Shown one piece after another: positions 52,680 through 62,882 of a stretch of 62,882 nucleotides of DNA (positions within the stretch are counted from its first letter, which is position 1; each line of letters starts with the position of its first letter). The position numbers were made by a program, and so were the translations under genes. The notes under the pieces are model-generated. The model saw only the letters and a list, made by a program, of their open reading frames with translations. It searched no databases and had not been told where the DNA came from. Location of the stretch: contig NC_068983.1 in NCBI RefSeq assembly GCF_001194135.2, forward strand, positions 107,755,152 to 107,818,033. Direction: 5' to 3'. Source of the stretch: Octopus bimaculoides (taxonomy: Eukaryota).

Positions 52680-53950
52680 AGAAAAGAGAAAGAAGGCCAC
52701 AACCAGAATTCAAACTGTAAACTTAAAGTAGAGCATGGATTGACCAAATTTTCAGTTTGCACCATTTCGAAGAAAAAGTAGAATGAGCCAAAAAGTGCAA
52801 CATTGGCACAAGGCATATGCAGGCTTCATAACAGTCATGTCTCACACATGGATCAAGCAGAAAATTTATTATTAATGTGGATAAAACAAAAAAATTAGCT
52901 GATGGTTCAGCTTTGTGAAAAAGCCAAGTCCGTTTCTGAACAGGTTCAGAATGACATAAAACCAGGAGAGTTGACTCAAACCAGCAAAGATTGGTTTGAG
53001 TCATTTGAAAAATGTTCTGGTGTTCACAACATTGTGTGTCATGGCATGTCAGCTCAGACTCACTGCTGTAGAAATATATTGATCTGAATTTTTTAAACTT
53101 GTGGATGAGACTAATCTGTGTTTTCATTAGATTTTTAACCATGATGCTGGTAATTTATGTTTTTTCATAAAAATGTGCCCAGGACTTTTATCCAATAGGA
53201 GGAGGTCAAATTCTCTGAACATAAACTGATAAAACATAGACTATAGATGATACTTTCCTGCACTAATATTTCAGTGGATTTAAGCTAGAGGCCTAGGTTA
53301 CAAGGAAATTGTTTAATGCATGATATAGTGACTTATTTGTTCTCATTATACATGACTACTTCAAAGAGGAGGTTCTTTCTGCTTGTTATGGATAATGCTC
53401 TAGCACACCTTTCCAACCTCATGGACTGAATGCCACAGGTATTTGAATTTATAAAAGTCCACATCCTGCATCCTAAAACTACTCCTGTGCTTTAACTCAT
53501 CGATCAGAAGTGACTTCTTACTTCAAAAAATCATACACAAAGCATTTATTTGAAACCTGCTTTGAAGTGAATTTGTTTACTGAAGTGATGCTAAAAGAGG
53601 TTTGGAAAAATCACTTCACCATTGCAGATGCTGTGCATATAGTAGTGAAGTTGTGGAGAGATACTTTTATCCTGAGTGCTTAAACTCCTTTTGGAGAGCA
53701 CTGTAACCTGATGTTGTCTCTTCAATAGACTTTGAAATGTTTGATAGAAATGACAAATTATTTAGTTGAGAAGCAAAGCAAAGAAGAGAAATGCCCATTG
53801 ACAATCTAAACAAGCTACACCAGGAATAGATTGAATTCTCTCAAGAAAGACTGCACTTACAGGAAGAGAATCAAAATGTAAGAAACAAACCATGTCAAAA
53901 GAAGAAATGAACCATAGCAAAAGAAGATATTAGAAGATATTTTGTCTCTG
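52680..53950 (+). mobile_element. Decayed pogo/Tigger transposase (CENP-B-type HTH plus DDE_1)
   Basis: LCEKAK...SKDWFESFEKCSGVH, LLVMDNALAH, PKTTPVL-LIDQ. Confidence 0.85.
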
Positions 53951-54081
53951 GTGTGAGCTCACAAACATCTGGTCTCCCAGAGGATGTTGAGTCAGATGTG
54001 AGCAATTTTTCTGATAAATTGTTGCAGCTCCTTGGGTTTGTCCTGAAGAATAGATTATGCCATTTCACCATTGATACTTAC

Positions 54082-54154
54082 CATATAAAAAATCCCAAAA
54101 CCTTCAAATTCTTTGCTGTTTCTTTGTTTAAAGTGGTAATTCTAGATGATCTTC
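54082..54154 (-). CDS. Candidate 73-nt exon of an unidentified transcript
   Basis: Strong acceptor TATTTTCTTCTGCAG and donor ATG/GTAAGT; one open frame RSSRITTLNKETAKNLKVLGFFI; could be UTR. Confidence 0.4.
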
Positions 54155-54994
54155 CTGCAGAAGAAAATACTTCTAAAAAACTCTTCTTCTTCCATCATAA
54201 CACTCTGCTGTCCTTCACTTTCAATAAACAGCCAACCAAAATCAAGCAAGAAAGTATACTATTTTTCAAATGCTAATTTAAAATATTAAAGAAAATTTTT
54301 TATTTGCCTCTTGGGATGCATAGATGTTAAATTATTTACCTTTAACATACCACACAGATTGAGACATACCATGAGTTTAATCAAATGATTAAAATGAATT
54401 TGTAATCCTCTAATCTCATCTTATTCCTGGGAAGGTAGTGGGAGCAGAGTCTTCAAGCACACCTTCCACTGGGTTCTGTCATAAGTAACCTTTTTCCAGT
54501 TGATCTGGCTGAATCCCAAAGTAGGACCAAATAGGCCCACAGATGTTATCCAACCATCTTGCTCGTGGTCAACTCCTAGGTCCCCTGCAGATGGGTTTGC
54601 TCATAAAACCTGTCCAGAGATTCCTTTCTTGAGACATTTATAATACCAGAGCTGGGATCCCGCAATTTGGAGAAATATTGACTAAGTAATGTTACTCCAA
54701 AGACCCTTTGAAGGAACCCTAATTCAAGAGGATTCATTCAGATCTTTGGTAGAGGAGCTTGTTTGATAAGTATATTGTAGTCTCCATCCAACACTGTGAG
54801 AACTAGCATGGGCCTACGACCTGTCCTGGGAAGCATAGGATAAATGCACAAGGTTTATATACCTTGAACTCCAGAAAGGGTCTAGAAGGAAGCAAATCCT
54901 GACAGTTGGTAACAGATTTGTAATTATCTTTTCAATCATACTGCTTTTTTAAAATGAAAATTATCATGTAAAACTCTCTGTTTATTTAATATAA

Positions 54995-55150
54995 ACTGTG
55001 GAGTGGTTGGTGTTAGGAAGTGCATCCAGCTGTAAAATCCATGCCAAAGCAGACACGGTAGCCTAGGGTAGTTTTCTACCTGGCCTGGTCCTGTCAACTG
55101 TCCTACCCATGCATGCATGGAAGATGGACATTAAACAATGATCATGAGGA
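54995..55150 (+). mobile_element. RTE-like LINE 3' end
   Basis: GGAGTGGTTGGTGTTAGGAAG...ATGGACATTAAAC. Confidence 0.75.
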
Positions 55151-55528
55151 TTAGCATATATAACTTCATAATAGATATATTTAGCATAAACTGTATGTGT
55201 TTTTATTTATTAAAATTTTCTTTCAGTACATTTAATTTCGCTATATGTTAACTTGTTTACAAATATTACATGGCTTTTAGTATATACACTGATTTTTATG
55301 GATAATTTGCGATATATTAATTCTTGAAATGATGGTCTATATGTAGGCTTGCAGTACTCATTGAGGGTTTGAAATTAACTGTACCTAAATACGTTTTAAT
55401 TGAGTGGTAATGAAATTTTGTGATAATGAATGAGGTTCTGGAATGAAGTAGATTCATTATGTAAGGGTCCATATTTTAATATATATGAGTGTGTGTGTGT
55501 GTGTGTATTATATGTACATATGCATGAG

Positions 55529-55560
<32 letters not shown>

Positions 55561-55983
55561 TACATATGTGTGTGTGTTTATGTCATAAGCTTCAAGAGTT
55601 ATAAAATAAATCTCTTGTTAATGGAACTTTGAAATAAAGTTATGAATAATAGCACCATTAAAATCTCTATATATATGTTTTAATATTCCACTTAGGTGTT
55701 GCAGTATTAATGACCTAGTGTAGAACTCAATATACAAATGTTTCTGTACAAAAGTGTTTCTCGAGTGCAGAGTGGTAACAAGAAAAAAGAGATAACAAAC
55801 GATTATCTTCTGAACTTCATTAGCTTTCAGTTACTTCCACTAGATGTTGTGGTGGACTCATAGTTGAATGCCTGAGTACCACCATTATGGCTTTATCAGA
55901 GCCTCAATCACGAAGAACAATCTATCTGGGAAAACAAAATGACACACACTCACACATATTTATATATACATCTACATACATAT

Positions 55984-56196
55984 ATGTGCAAATTTAGTAA
56001 ATGGAGTAAAACACATTCGGTTAAAATGTCTTAATGTTAAGCTGGTTCCTATGTATTTCCCTGAAGAGAAGATTACATCCTTATCAACATCACCTATTCC
56101 TTTGGAAGGTACAATTTGTAATCTTCGAAACATATGTTGGAAATAAAAGAATTCATTTAACATATGCGTTTTACTCCATTTACTAAATTTGTATAT
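55984..56196. repeat. Inverted repeat enclosing a hammerhead
   Basis: Perfect 24-bp arms 55989-56012 / 56168-56191, extending imperfectly on both sides. Confidence 0.9.
56054..56145 (+). ncRNA. Intact type I hammerhead ribozyme
   Basis: Stem I TATTTCC/GGAAATA (7 bp), CTGAAGA (56061-56067), stem II GAAGATTACA/TGTAATCTTC (10 bp, 39-nt loop), GAAA (56127-56130), palindrome ACATATGT, site GTT (56136-56138). Confidence 0.92.
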
Positions 56197-56818
56197 TTAC
56201 TCAATTACCCAAAATAACAAGGAGTTTCTACCTCATAAACAGGAGTTACACCACAGTCATTTTGTGATCTTTGCTACCTTGGTATCTATTAACCAATTTA
56301 TTTTGTCGAAGTTAATTATTAACTTGGAGAAAATAAATATATATAATAAAACATACATATATGTGTGTGTATATGGAAAAATGTACCCAGTCTACACTGT
56401 AAAGTATTTGCTTCTAGGAATGGCACCTAATAATATAACAAACCAAAAATGAAGCTCCTTAGAGAGATGTGGTGTTTCTTAGAGACCACATCTCAGACAG
56501 CAGCAGCTACCTATCCAAATTATGTGTATTACAGAGTTTATGAGGTATTTGAGGACATATTCGGCAATTTAATAAAACAATACTAATCTCTTTCCATTGA
56601 CATCATGTGATAGTTTCAAATGAGTGTCAGCATAATGCAAGCTGTGTCTTTCATTTCCAATCTTACATGTCTGATATTGGGGGAATATTCCTTTCCTGAG
56701 AATAGGCAAGGGTTGATGATACGAAGAGTATCTGGCAGCAGAAATTCCTCAATAAAATTCAGTGCAACCGATGCAAGTATTGAAAAGTAGACAGTAAACC
56801 GATTATACACACACACAC

Positions 56819-56882
<64 letters not shown>

Positions 56883-57261
56883 CAAGAAANNNNNNNNNNN
56901 NNNNNNNNNNNNNNNNNNNNNNNNNNNNNNNNNNNNNNNNNNNNNNNNNNNNNNNNNNNNNNNNNNNNNNNNNNNNNNNNNNNNNNNNNNNNNNNNNNNN
57001 NNNNNNNNNNNNNNNNNNNNNNNNNNNNNNNNNNNNNNNNNNNNNNNNNNNNNNNNNNNNNNNNNNNNNNNNNNNNNNNNNNNNNNNNNNNNNNNNNNNN
57101 NNNNNNNNNNNNNNNNNNNNNNNNNNNNNNNNNNNNNNNNNNNNNNNNNNNNNNNNNNNNNNNNNNNNNNNNNNNNNNNNNNNNNNNNNNNNNNNNNNNN
57201 NNNNNNNNNNNNNNNNNNNNNNNNNNNNNNNNNNNNNNNNNNNGATTATACACACACACAC

Positions 57262-57325
<64 letters not shown>

Positions 57326-57749
57326 CAAGAAAGAGAGAGGTGAGAGAGAAATTGATTGATTGCCTGTCAGTTCATTGTCTGTAAGTCAGACACAAAAGCA
57401 CACTTCATATTACTAACAGAACAGTCATATTTTTACATCATCTCACAATATGTTATTAGTTATGGTATTTACCTGGTCGGATTGTTATTATTGGTTTGCT
57501 CATAGCCTCTTTGGCACTGATGATGCATACATATGGTGTATACAACCCTGGGTTGACTCAATGATACTACCTGAGTCTGCATAGATTGTGTGCAACTCCA
57601 ATTATAAAGAGACTATGCACTTCTGACCAGCATGTTTGAAGACGTCAATATTATCTAGTGGCAATGTTTAAAAAGAAAACAATGGTAACACTCTGGTCAC
57701 TTATATGCTCAAGCTAGTAATATAGTGTCGGATGATATATTCTTTTCTT

Positions 57750-57929
57750 CTTTTACTTGTTTCAGTCATTTGACTACCACCATGCTGGAGCACTGCTGTG
57801 AAGTGTTTTTGTTGAACAATTCAACTCCAGTACTTATTGTATCGGTCTCTTTGCTGAACCACTAAGTTGTGGGGATGTAAACACACCAACACTGGTTGTC
57901 AAATGTTAAGTAGGGGACAAACACATACA

Positions 57930-57985
<56 letters not shown>

Positions 57986-58150
57986 CACGATGGGCTTCTT
58001 TCAGTTTTCATTTACCAAATCCAATCACAAGGCTTTGGTTGGCCCAAGACTATAGTAGAAGACACTTGCCCAAGGTACCACACAGTGGGATTGAACCCAG
58101 AAACATGTGGTTAGAAAGCAAGGTTCTTACCACACACCCATGACTGTGCC
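57750..58150 (-). mobile_element. Family A SINE
   Basis: Reverse complement of the family consensus with expanded (CA)n. Confidence 0.85.
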
Positions 58151-58384
58151 TAAATATATATTCAAATATTAATTAGAAGCAGCACCAGTGTTGTATACAT
58201 TATCAACCACACATATTCAATGCCTTAAATGTAGTAGTTTGCTGATAGGCTGCAGTTTAGTGCAATGGGGATGACTTTTTCAAAGTGCTAGGTGTTAAAA
58301 CATCTGAAAATCATACACAAGTGAGACAATTCACCCCGAATCCCATTCAAGAGCAAGGTGAAGCCTGTCATATATAAGTATATA

Positions 58385-58543
58385 TATATCATCATCTTCT
58401 TCATCATCATCATCATTTAACGTCCGGTCTCCATGCTGGCATGGGTTAGACAGTTCGAATGGATCTGATGAGCTGGAGAGCTGCACCAGGTTCCAATCTG
58501 ATTTGGCTTGGCTTTTATTGCTGGATGCCCTTCCTAACACCAA

Positions 58544-58545
<2 letters not shown>
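58385..58545 (-). mobile_element. RTE-like LINE 3' end
   Basis: (CAT)n TTTAACGTCC...CCCTTCCTAACACCAACC. Confidence 0.8.
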
Positions 58546-58600
<55 letters not shown>

Positions 58601-58899
58601 TACATACACCTATGTGTGTGTTTCAAGCTGAAACACATTTTTTCCACAGTCTTAAGGCGATGTCCCAGCTTGACTGCAGTCAAATGACTGAAACAAATAA
58701 AAGAATATATGCACACACACACATGCTACCTTCTCTTGTTGGGATCACTGGCCCTTTGTTATCTCCCTTTCATTCAACCTCTTTTTTTTTATTATGATCT
58801 CTCTTTCTTTCAACTTCTTTATTTTTCAATCATTTGCCATGCTGGACTGCTGAAATCTACAAAAATTTTTTCACTCTCTCTGTTTATTTTCTCTTATTT

Positions 58900-58935
58900 C
58901 TTTCTGTTGAAGAGCGTAGGCTCAAAATGTAAAAG
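58900..58935 (+). ncRNA. Decayed minimal hammerhead motif, Penelope-type context
   Basis: CTTT-CTGTTGA-A-GAGC(GTAG)GCTC-AAAA-TGT-A-AAAG; two changes from GAAACGT explicable by CpG decay; follows a CT-rich tract. Confidence 0.6.
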
Positions 58936-59690
58936 ACTTTTTCGTTTTTCCTGAGCATCAAACTAATACACTTGCTTGTTGTTCATACATCTGTCTTCAT
59001 CTTTTGCTTTTCTATAAATTTCAACTTATATATAAAATATATATATTGTTATATTTTGGGATGGTAATTTTTTATTTTTTTTTGCCAAATAAATACAACT
59101 ACTATATACTCATTCTTCACTTCAGCTTTATTATTGTTCTTATTTTAGTGTCCTTTGTCTGAAATCTTTCATCACACATCCTGTGTCTTTTTGAACAACT
59201 CACCTGTTCTGTTGAGTCTGCATGCACCGCCCCCCCCCACATATATTATAGTAAACTGTTACATTGATTATTATATTAGGTAAATAAAATGCACTAGATA
59301 TCCCTCATAAAGAGAATAGCTTGTAGTCCAGCAGGTCACCTCTCTTTGTATATTGTTACTTCACTCTGATTAGTCCATTTGATTGTGATTAAGTTTTGAA
59401 GAATCAGCAAATCCAGGTAAGTCTTGTGGTCTTTTTTATCTTGTATTTTGTTTGTTTGTTCCTTACTATATGACAGCTAAAGCCAAATCATCTTATATAT
59501 TTCATTTTTTTCCCTTAAACAACATTGTGAGTCATTATCATGTGTTCTGCATATATATCTGTTAATAATAACAAAATGTCTTCTATCAGAATATGATACA
59601 TCCTGCTATATATATATTAGTTTGGACCCAATTTATATGGTGTGAGAAATTTGTCTTTTCCAATAGTTTAATCTGTTGTGCATAAATGAA

Positions 59691-59850
59691 AGGCGTAGGA
59701 GTGGCTGTGTGGTAAGTAGCTTGCTTACCAACCACATGGTTTCGGGTTCAGTCCCACTGCGTGGCATCTTGGGCAAGTGTCTTCTACTATAGCCTCGGGC
59801 TGACCAAAGCCTTGTGAGTGGATTTGGTAGATATATATATATACATCGTA

Positions 59851-59903
<53 letters not shown>

Positions 59904-60120
59904 ATATGTTTGTGTGTCTGTATTTATCCTCCCAACATCGCTTGACAACTGATGCTGGTGTGTTTACGTCCCCGTAACTTAGTGGTTCGGCAAAAGAGAC
60001 CGATAGAATAAGTACTAGGCTTCCAACGAATAAGTCCTGGGGTTGATTTGCTCGACTAAAGGCGGTGCTCCAGCATGGCCACAGTCAAATGACTGAAACA
60101 AGTAAAAGAGTAAAGAGAGT
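59691..60120 (+). mobile_element. Family A SINE with internal deletion
   Basis: AGGCGTAGGAGTGGCTGTGTGG head, B box GGGTTCAGTCCC, GTAAAAGAG tail. Confidence 0.9.
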
Positions 60121-60142
60121 AATAATAATAATAATAATAATA

Positions 60143-61050
60143 ATGGTTTCCAATTTTGACACAAGGCCAGTAATTTTGGGAGAGGGGATATATCATTTAC
60201 ATCAACCCTCAGAATTCAACTGGTACTTAATTTATTGAGCTCAAAAGGATGCAAGGCAAAGTCAACCTCTGAAGAATTTGAACTCAGGATGTAAAGATGA
60301 GCGAAATGCTACTAAGCATTTTGTCTGGCACAGCAACGATTCTGCCAGCTTGCCACCCTAATAATAATAATAATAATAACATTAATTTCAAATTTTGACA
60401 CAAGGCCAGCAATTTCAGGTAAATGGGCAAGTCAATTACATCAACTCCAGTGCTCAACCAGTACATATTCTATCGACCCACAAGGATGAATGATAAAGTT
60501 GTCCCTGGTGTTGTTTGAACTCAGAATGTAAAATCAGATGAAATGCCACTAAGCATTTTGCCTGGCACAATAACAATTTTGGCAGCTTGCTACCTTGATG
60601 ATAATAATAACAATCCTTTCTTCTATAGGTGCAAGGCCTGAAATTTGATGGGTGGGGACTTATTGATTGCAATGAGCCCAGTGTTCATCTGGTACATATT
60701 TTTTATTGACCCTGAAAGGATAAAAAGCAAAGTCAACCTCAACAATATTTGAACTCAGAATGTAAAGATGAACAAAATGTTGCTAAGCATTTTGCTCAGT
60801 GTGCTAATAATTCTGCCAGCTTTCCACCTTGATGATAATGATAATATTAATAATAACGATGATGATGATCATGATGATAATAATAATAGAACTTTCTGCT
60901 ATAGGTACAGGGCAGAAATTTTGTGGGAGGAAATTAGTCATTGGCCCAATGCTCAACCAGTACTTATTTTATTGCCTTGGACGGAATTTGAACTTAGAAC
61001 GTAAAGCCAGAAGAAATGCTGATAAGCATTTTTTTTTTTTTTTTGACAGG
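60143..61050 (-). mobile_element. Tandem cluster of four family C SINEs joined by (AAT)/(GAT) runs
   Basis: Four repeats of AATTTGAACT(C/T)AG(A/G)A and CTAAGCATTT. Confidence 0.85.
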
Positions 61051-61900
61051 CTTATGCTTCTGTCAATTCACAATAATGATGATAATAATAATAATAGCAT
61101 GGAAAGCAGACGTTAAACGATGCTGATGATGATGATGATATGTATATACATGCACACACACAGATATATACACATATATTTATACATATATATATATATA
61201 CATATATATATATGTATATATGTCTACATATATAATTAAACATATATATACACATACATATATGCATACATATATATGTATATACATACACACACATATA
61301 TATATATATATAGATATATGTATACATATATGTATATATGGATATACATATACACACACATACATATACATTGACATATATATATATATATATATATATG
61401 CATGCATGCATAGATATGAATATATGTATATACATACACACACACACATATATGTACATATATATATATATGCATGCATGCATAGATATGAATATATGTA
61501 TATACATACACACACACACATATATGTACATGTTTATATACACATACATGCATGCATGTATACATTTGAAACCATATTGGCCTTCCTAAAGTTTATTAAT
61601 ACTAAAATGTATAGATTGATATAAAATCATTAGTTTGAATACATTTCTTTAAAAAGAAGCTAGTAATCTTCAGTTAGTCCAGGAATGTTGATTCTTTCAG
61701 CATTATTGCTTCTAAGTAATACTGATATTGGTTGAAGTTAATCTACATAATATGCTGTGAAACCTGAACGAAAACTTAATTTTTTTTTGTATTTACTTTT
61801 ACTTTCTGAAAAACATCATTTCTCTCAAAATACTGTAGAATTTTAAATAAAATGAAATGTACAAAGAGAGAAAACTATAGGGGAGAAATATGGCATTAAA

Positions 61901-62014
61901 CTCTGACAGCTGTTTCCAGGGCACAGAGTTACTTCATAATATTAGCAGATTCAGTTCAGTAATGGAAGCAAATAAATGTTGGATAAATTCAGCCTCTGTC
62001 TTCAGCGTGGAGAG
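61901..62014 (-). ncRNA. Degenerate hammerhead motif, minus strand
   Basis: CTCT(ccacg)CTGAAGA ... ACAGAG/CTCTGT stem ... GAAA-ACAGCTGT-site GTC-AGAG; registers at the 5' half are shifted. Confidence 0.55.
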
Positions 62015-62317
62015 ATAAAACCCTAAGTTTGCTCTGTTAATATATAAATTAGAATATATGTTTATTTTATTAATAATTTTCTTCCCAATGGCTGTTACTG
62101 AGCTTGTGGGCATGCAATATAGTTGTGCTTACTATCACTTGCTAAAACAATCGAATTTCAAAAACTCTCTCACAGCGTCCAATATTCACTTTAGAAAAAT
62201 GTGCTGCCATACAAAATTTTGGTTCAGTTGGAGTAAAACATGGTGGCCTACAAATTGAAATATGTATGCATATATTTACTTTAAATATATATATATACAT
62301 ATGTATGCCATGTGGGC

Positions 62318-62404
62318 AGTTGCTGATGATTGTACCTGGGCACCAGACATGTAAAAAAAAACAGTTTGGCATGCTCTCAGCACATGAAACTAATAGTAGC
62401 AGCT
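62318..62404 (+). ncRNA. Degenerate hammerhead motif
   Basis: CTGATGA (62323-62329), multi-segment stem II, GAAA (62386-62389), near-palindrome ACTA-A-TAGT, site GTA; stem I AGTTGC/GCAGCT is off by one nucleotide. Confidence 0.45.
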
Positions 62405-62529
62405 AAAAACATATACTGTGTTTATTAAATAATATTTACTGCTGACCAGATGAGGTACTTATTTGCTGATTGTACCATCATGGAAGAGTACACAATATAT
62501 ATATGTACCTGTGTGTGTGTGTTTGTGTA

Positions 62530-62682
62530 TGGATCAAACAGTTTTATTCAAACTCCTTGGTACTCTGAGTTCAAGCGTGTCACTAGTCATTGGCTATTAG
62601 GAGTCTGACATCTAATGGCCAATGACTAGCGACACACTTGAAACTCAGAGTACCAAGTAGTTTAAGGAAACTGTTTGATCCA
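62530..62682. mobile_element. 153-bp palindromic MITE with TA flanks
   Basis: TA-TGGATCAAACAG...CTGTTTGATCCA-TA; about 70-bp arms, 11-nt loop. Confidence 0.85.
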
Positions 62683-62789
62683 TATATGTAACTCAACTCT
62701 CAATGTGTTCAGTGCCCTTCTTTCTTTGTCTACTCAGTTGTATATATATATATGCAGACATACATATGTACATATACACACATACATAC

Positions 62790-62831
<42 letters not shown>

Positions 62832-62840
62832 TCATTCATT

Positions 62841-62882
<42 letters not shown>

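Noticed and set aside
56804-57332. Apparent ~85-bp direct repeat on both sides of the 56890-57243 gap
   Set aside because: Near-identical microsatellite-containing flanks across a gap indicate an uncollapsed assembly overlap
57460-57560. Hydrophobic frame LWYLPGRIVIIGLLIASLALMMHTY and small pseudo-exons near 20422, 25321, 28520, 44830 and 55880
   Set aside because: Weak splice sites, short length and no recognisable homology; expected by chance in AT-rich DNA

Overview
AT-rich, microsatellite-dense animal genomic DNA with 7 N-gaps and no intact long ORF; nearly all ORFs in the track are microsatellite or transposon artefacts. The repeat families resemble those of octopus-type cephalopods (inference, not verified). 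Most of the window is transposon debris: tRNA-derived SINEs, RTE-like LINE 3' ends, restriction-like-endonuclease LINE relics, a Penelope-like relic, and Tc1, maT (DD37D), mariner (DD34D) and pogo/Tigger DNA transposons. Only a few weakly supported candidate host exons were found. The main result is a set of about 7 type I hammerhead ribozyme motifs. Their stems differ in sequence but keep base pairing, their stem III is palindromic, and their stem II region ranges from 13 to 275 nt. Two of them (17448-17752, split into two halves, and 56054-56145, intact) lie inside long inverted repeats, giving ORF-less hairpin cassettes capped by a ribozyme. There is also a strand-asymmetric pri-miRNA-like hairpin at 22930-23016 and several foldback elements.
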